From positions 1 through 64,000 of the forward strand of contig JAHBMJ010000168.1 of NCBI GenBank assembly GCA_018398765.1: 64,000 nt of DNA. Direction: 5' to 3'. The first letter of the stretch is position 1. The number at the start of each line of letters is the position of its first letter. Below are positions 62,036 to 64,000 of the stretch, piece after piece. The notes beneath the pieces were generated by a model, which was not told the origin of the DNA, searched no databases, and saw nothing but the letters and a program-made list of their open reading frames with translations. The DNA is from Chromera velia. Taxonomy: Eukaryota. Position numbers and translations under genes: made by a program.

Positions 62036-62182
62036 CTTTCTTCCTTCCTTCCTTCGTTTCTTTCTTTCTTTTTCTCTTTCGTTCGTTCTTTCTTTCGTTC
62101 GTTCGTTTTTTCTTTCGTTCGTTCGTTCTTTCTTTCTTTTTCTTTCTTTTTTTCTTTCTTTCTTTCTTTCTTTCCCCACCCC

Positions 62183-62233
<51 letters not shown>

Positions 62234-62260
62234 TGTTTTTCTTCCTTCCTTTCTTCCTTC

Positions 62261-62291
<31 letters not shown>

Positions 62292-62406
62292 TCGTTCGTT
62301 CGTTCTTGTTTTCTTTCTTCCTTTCTTTCTTTCTTGCTTTCTTTCTTGCTTTCTTTCTTTCTTTCTTTCTTTCTTTTTGTTTTCCTTCTTTCTTTCTTTC
62401 TTTCTT

Positions 62407-62490
<84 letters not shown>

Positions 62491-62600
62491 TGTTTTTCTT
62501 CCTTCCTTCCTTCCTTCCTTTCTTTCTTTCTTTCTTTCTTTCTTTCTGTCTTTCTTTCTTTCTTTCTCTCTCTTTTTCTTTGAAATGCGAGCTATTCTAC
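62036..62600. repeat. Polypyrimidine low-complexity tract: (TTTC)n with two (CT)n(GT)n blocks
   Basis: Directly visible. The unit (CT)n(GT)n-TTTTCTTCCTTCCT-(TTTC)n occurs twice. Confidence 0.92.
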
Positions 62601-63525
62601 TATGTTTTTTTTTTTTCTCTTTCTTCTTCCTTTGTTTTTCTTCTACTTTCTCTCTGCCCCCCCTGCAGTTTGTCTCAGTTAAAATTGTCTTTCTTAAAAT
62701 TCTTTCTCTTTTCGAATCTTTTTTCTTCTTTTTTTTCTTTCGCTCGTCATCTCTTTCTTTTCCTCCTTTTCGTTTTCTCGTTTCGCTTTATCTATCTTTT
62801 CCCACAGGCAGGAACAAACAAAGACAAGTCAGATGGAAAACACATTTTTGCTACCTTTGTTTTCCTTCTAAATTTCTTCGCGGTTTGCTTTCCTCAAGAC
62901 CCCTTGTCCCTCATCTTCTGCTTCCTGTTCTTCCCTTTCTATTTCTACATTTTCATAGTCAATTCGTTTTCTTCTTGACAATGTTCTCTCTGATCTCTCT
63001 CCTTTATCACTCACGAATATGACATCGTGCAGTGACTGTCGTGTTTGCAGTCGTGAAGAACAGTACACTGTCAGACAGATCGGCAGATGACCTGAGGCAG
63101 CTTCCACTTCATTCTTGACAGACACGCAGGCAGGCAGTAGGTAGACAGCAGTGTGGGGATAGACGCACAGTCCAATGCACAAGCAGCGGCATAGCGAGAC
63201 GAGGCACGACACGGCACAGCAGGAAGAATGGCAGAAAGCGGAGGAGGCATGAATGAGAGGCTCCCAAAAGAACCCCTCCCAAAGTCGCAAGGAAGACTGA
63301 GTTTCCATCTGATGGGTATACACATGCGTAGACAATTGCTGAACAAATAATGCAAGCAACAGAATTAATTGAATTGTTCGCACTACATACAGGAAGTCAG
63401 ACACAAATTGAGGAGCCTGGACAAGCTTCTTGGTCGCCTTTCGAAATCCAATGGCTCACCGAGGCTCACGTTACACTCGATCACAAACGAAAGTTCAAAG
63501 AGAGGCAGGCTAGTCTTTTGAGAGG

Positions 63526-63924
63526 TCAACCTCTTGCTTGCTGACGGATCGCCTCCCTGATCTCATCTGTGAGCTCTTTCATTTGAATTTTCAAAATGCA
63601 CTCCTGAGCTGTGAGCTTCTGATTCTCTCTTTTCTGCATCCGTTCCTTTTCGTTCTCCAGCCCCTTGAGGATTTCCTGACGACCTTGGAACATGTACATC
63701 CTCCCAACAGATCTGAGCAGAGGCACGTTCTCATCGAGACTCTGGATCTCCTTAATGGACAGAATGGACTTTCGGATGTTGGCCTCCAACTGCTTCTGTT
63801 GGACCCCAACCATCTTCAGGTCGGACTCAAGGGACCGCATCCGGCATTGCAGCTCCTCCGGCACCAGAATCTGGTCCTTCCCTTCGCCCTGCTGTTTCTT
63901 CTGGTCCCTCTTCTTCTTTTTCTC
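63526..63924 (-). CDS. Prefoldin beta-type subunit (PFDN1-like), last exon; the 5' part lies upstream
   Basis: Coiled coil...KEIQSLDENVPLLRSVGRMY...coiled coil, the typical prefoldin beta hairpin. CTGCAG acceptor just before 63924. Confidence 0.8.
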   Translation of the reverse strand, partial: EKKKKRDQKKQQGEGKDQILVPEELQCRMRSLESDLKMVGVQQKQLEANIRKSILSIKEIQSLDENVPLLRSVGRMYMFQGRQEILKGLENEKERMQKRENQKLTAQECILKIQMKELTDEIREAIRQQARG

Positions 63925-64000
63925 CTGCAGGTAAGCAGTCACAGAGCCACAATTAATTTCACGGAAACGAAGGATTTGCTAGGGGCAATTTCACTCTTTC

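Noticed and set aside
61766..63022. Long F/S/L-rich ORFs (418 aa and 319 aa) that look like membrane proteins
   Set aside because: Artefacts of stop-free (TTTC)n/(CT)n microsatellite.
1..64000. tRNA, rRNA or snRNA genes
   Set aside because: None recognised by eye. A covariance-model search (tRNAscan-SE/Infernal) would be needed to exclude them.

Overview
Eukaryotic, intron-rich genomic window. The intron style (GTCAGT/GTGAGT...TGCAG, (CT)n(GT)n intronic microsatellites), TGCATGCA motifs and a signal+transit-type leader suggest a photosynthetic alveolate such as a chromerid; this is inference only. GC-rich genes alternate with AT-rich, CTAG/TA-rich transposon debris. Genes I can reconstruct by hand: a helicase-less Dicer-like gene (platform/PAZ-like region plus two RNase III domains, both with catalytic substitutions, and an internal in-frame TAG); a secreted gulonolactone-oxidase-like FAD enzyme; an alpha/beta hydrolase; an intronless membrane protein with two diadenylate-cyclase (DisA_N/DAC) domains carrying complementary half active sites, also interrupted by one in-frame TAG; a sterol desaturase/fatty-acid hydroxylase; Nup98-Nup96; a MYND/beta-helix protein; a probably plastid-targeted inositol monophosphatase; a membrane-tailed cereblon CULT-domain protein; and the last exon of a prefoldin beta subunit. 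Mobile DNA includes three CTAGGC-ended elements with 8-bp TSDs, a TA-flanked TIR element with a nested LINE, a second LINE remnant and a foldback element. The most notable signals are the tandem pseudo-heterodimeric DAC protein, the disabled Dicer-like gene, and a recurrent CpA>TpA (RIP-like) mutation signature. All domain calls come from reading motifs by eye; no searches were run.
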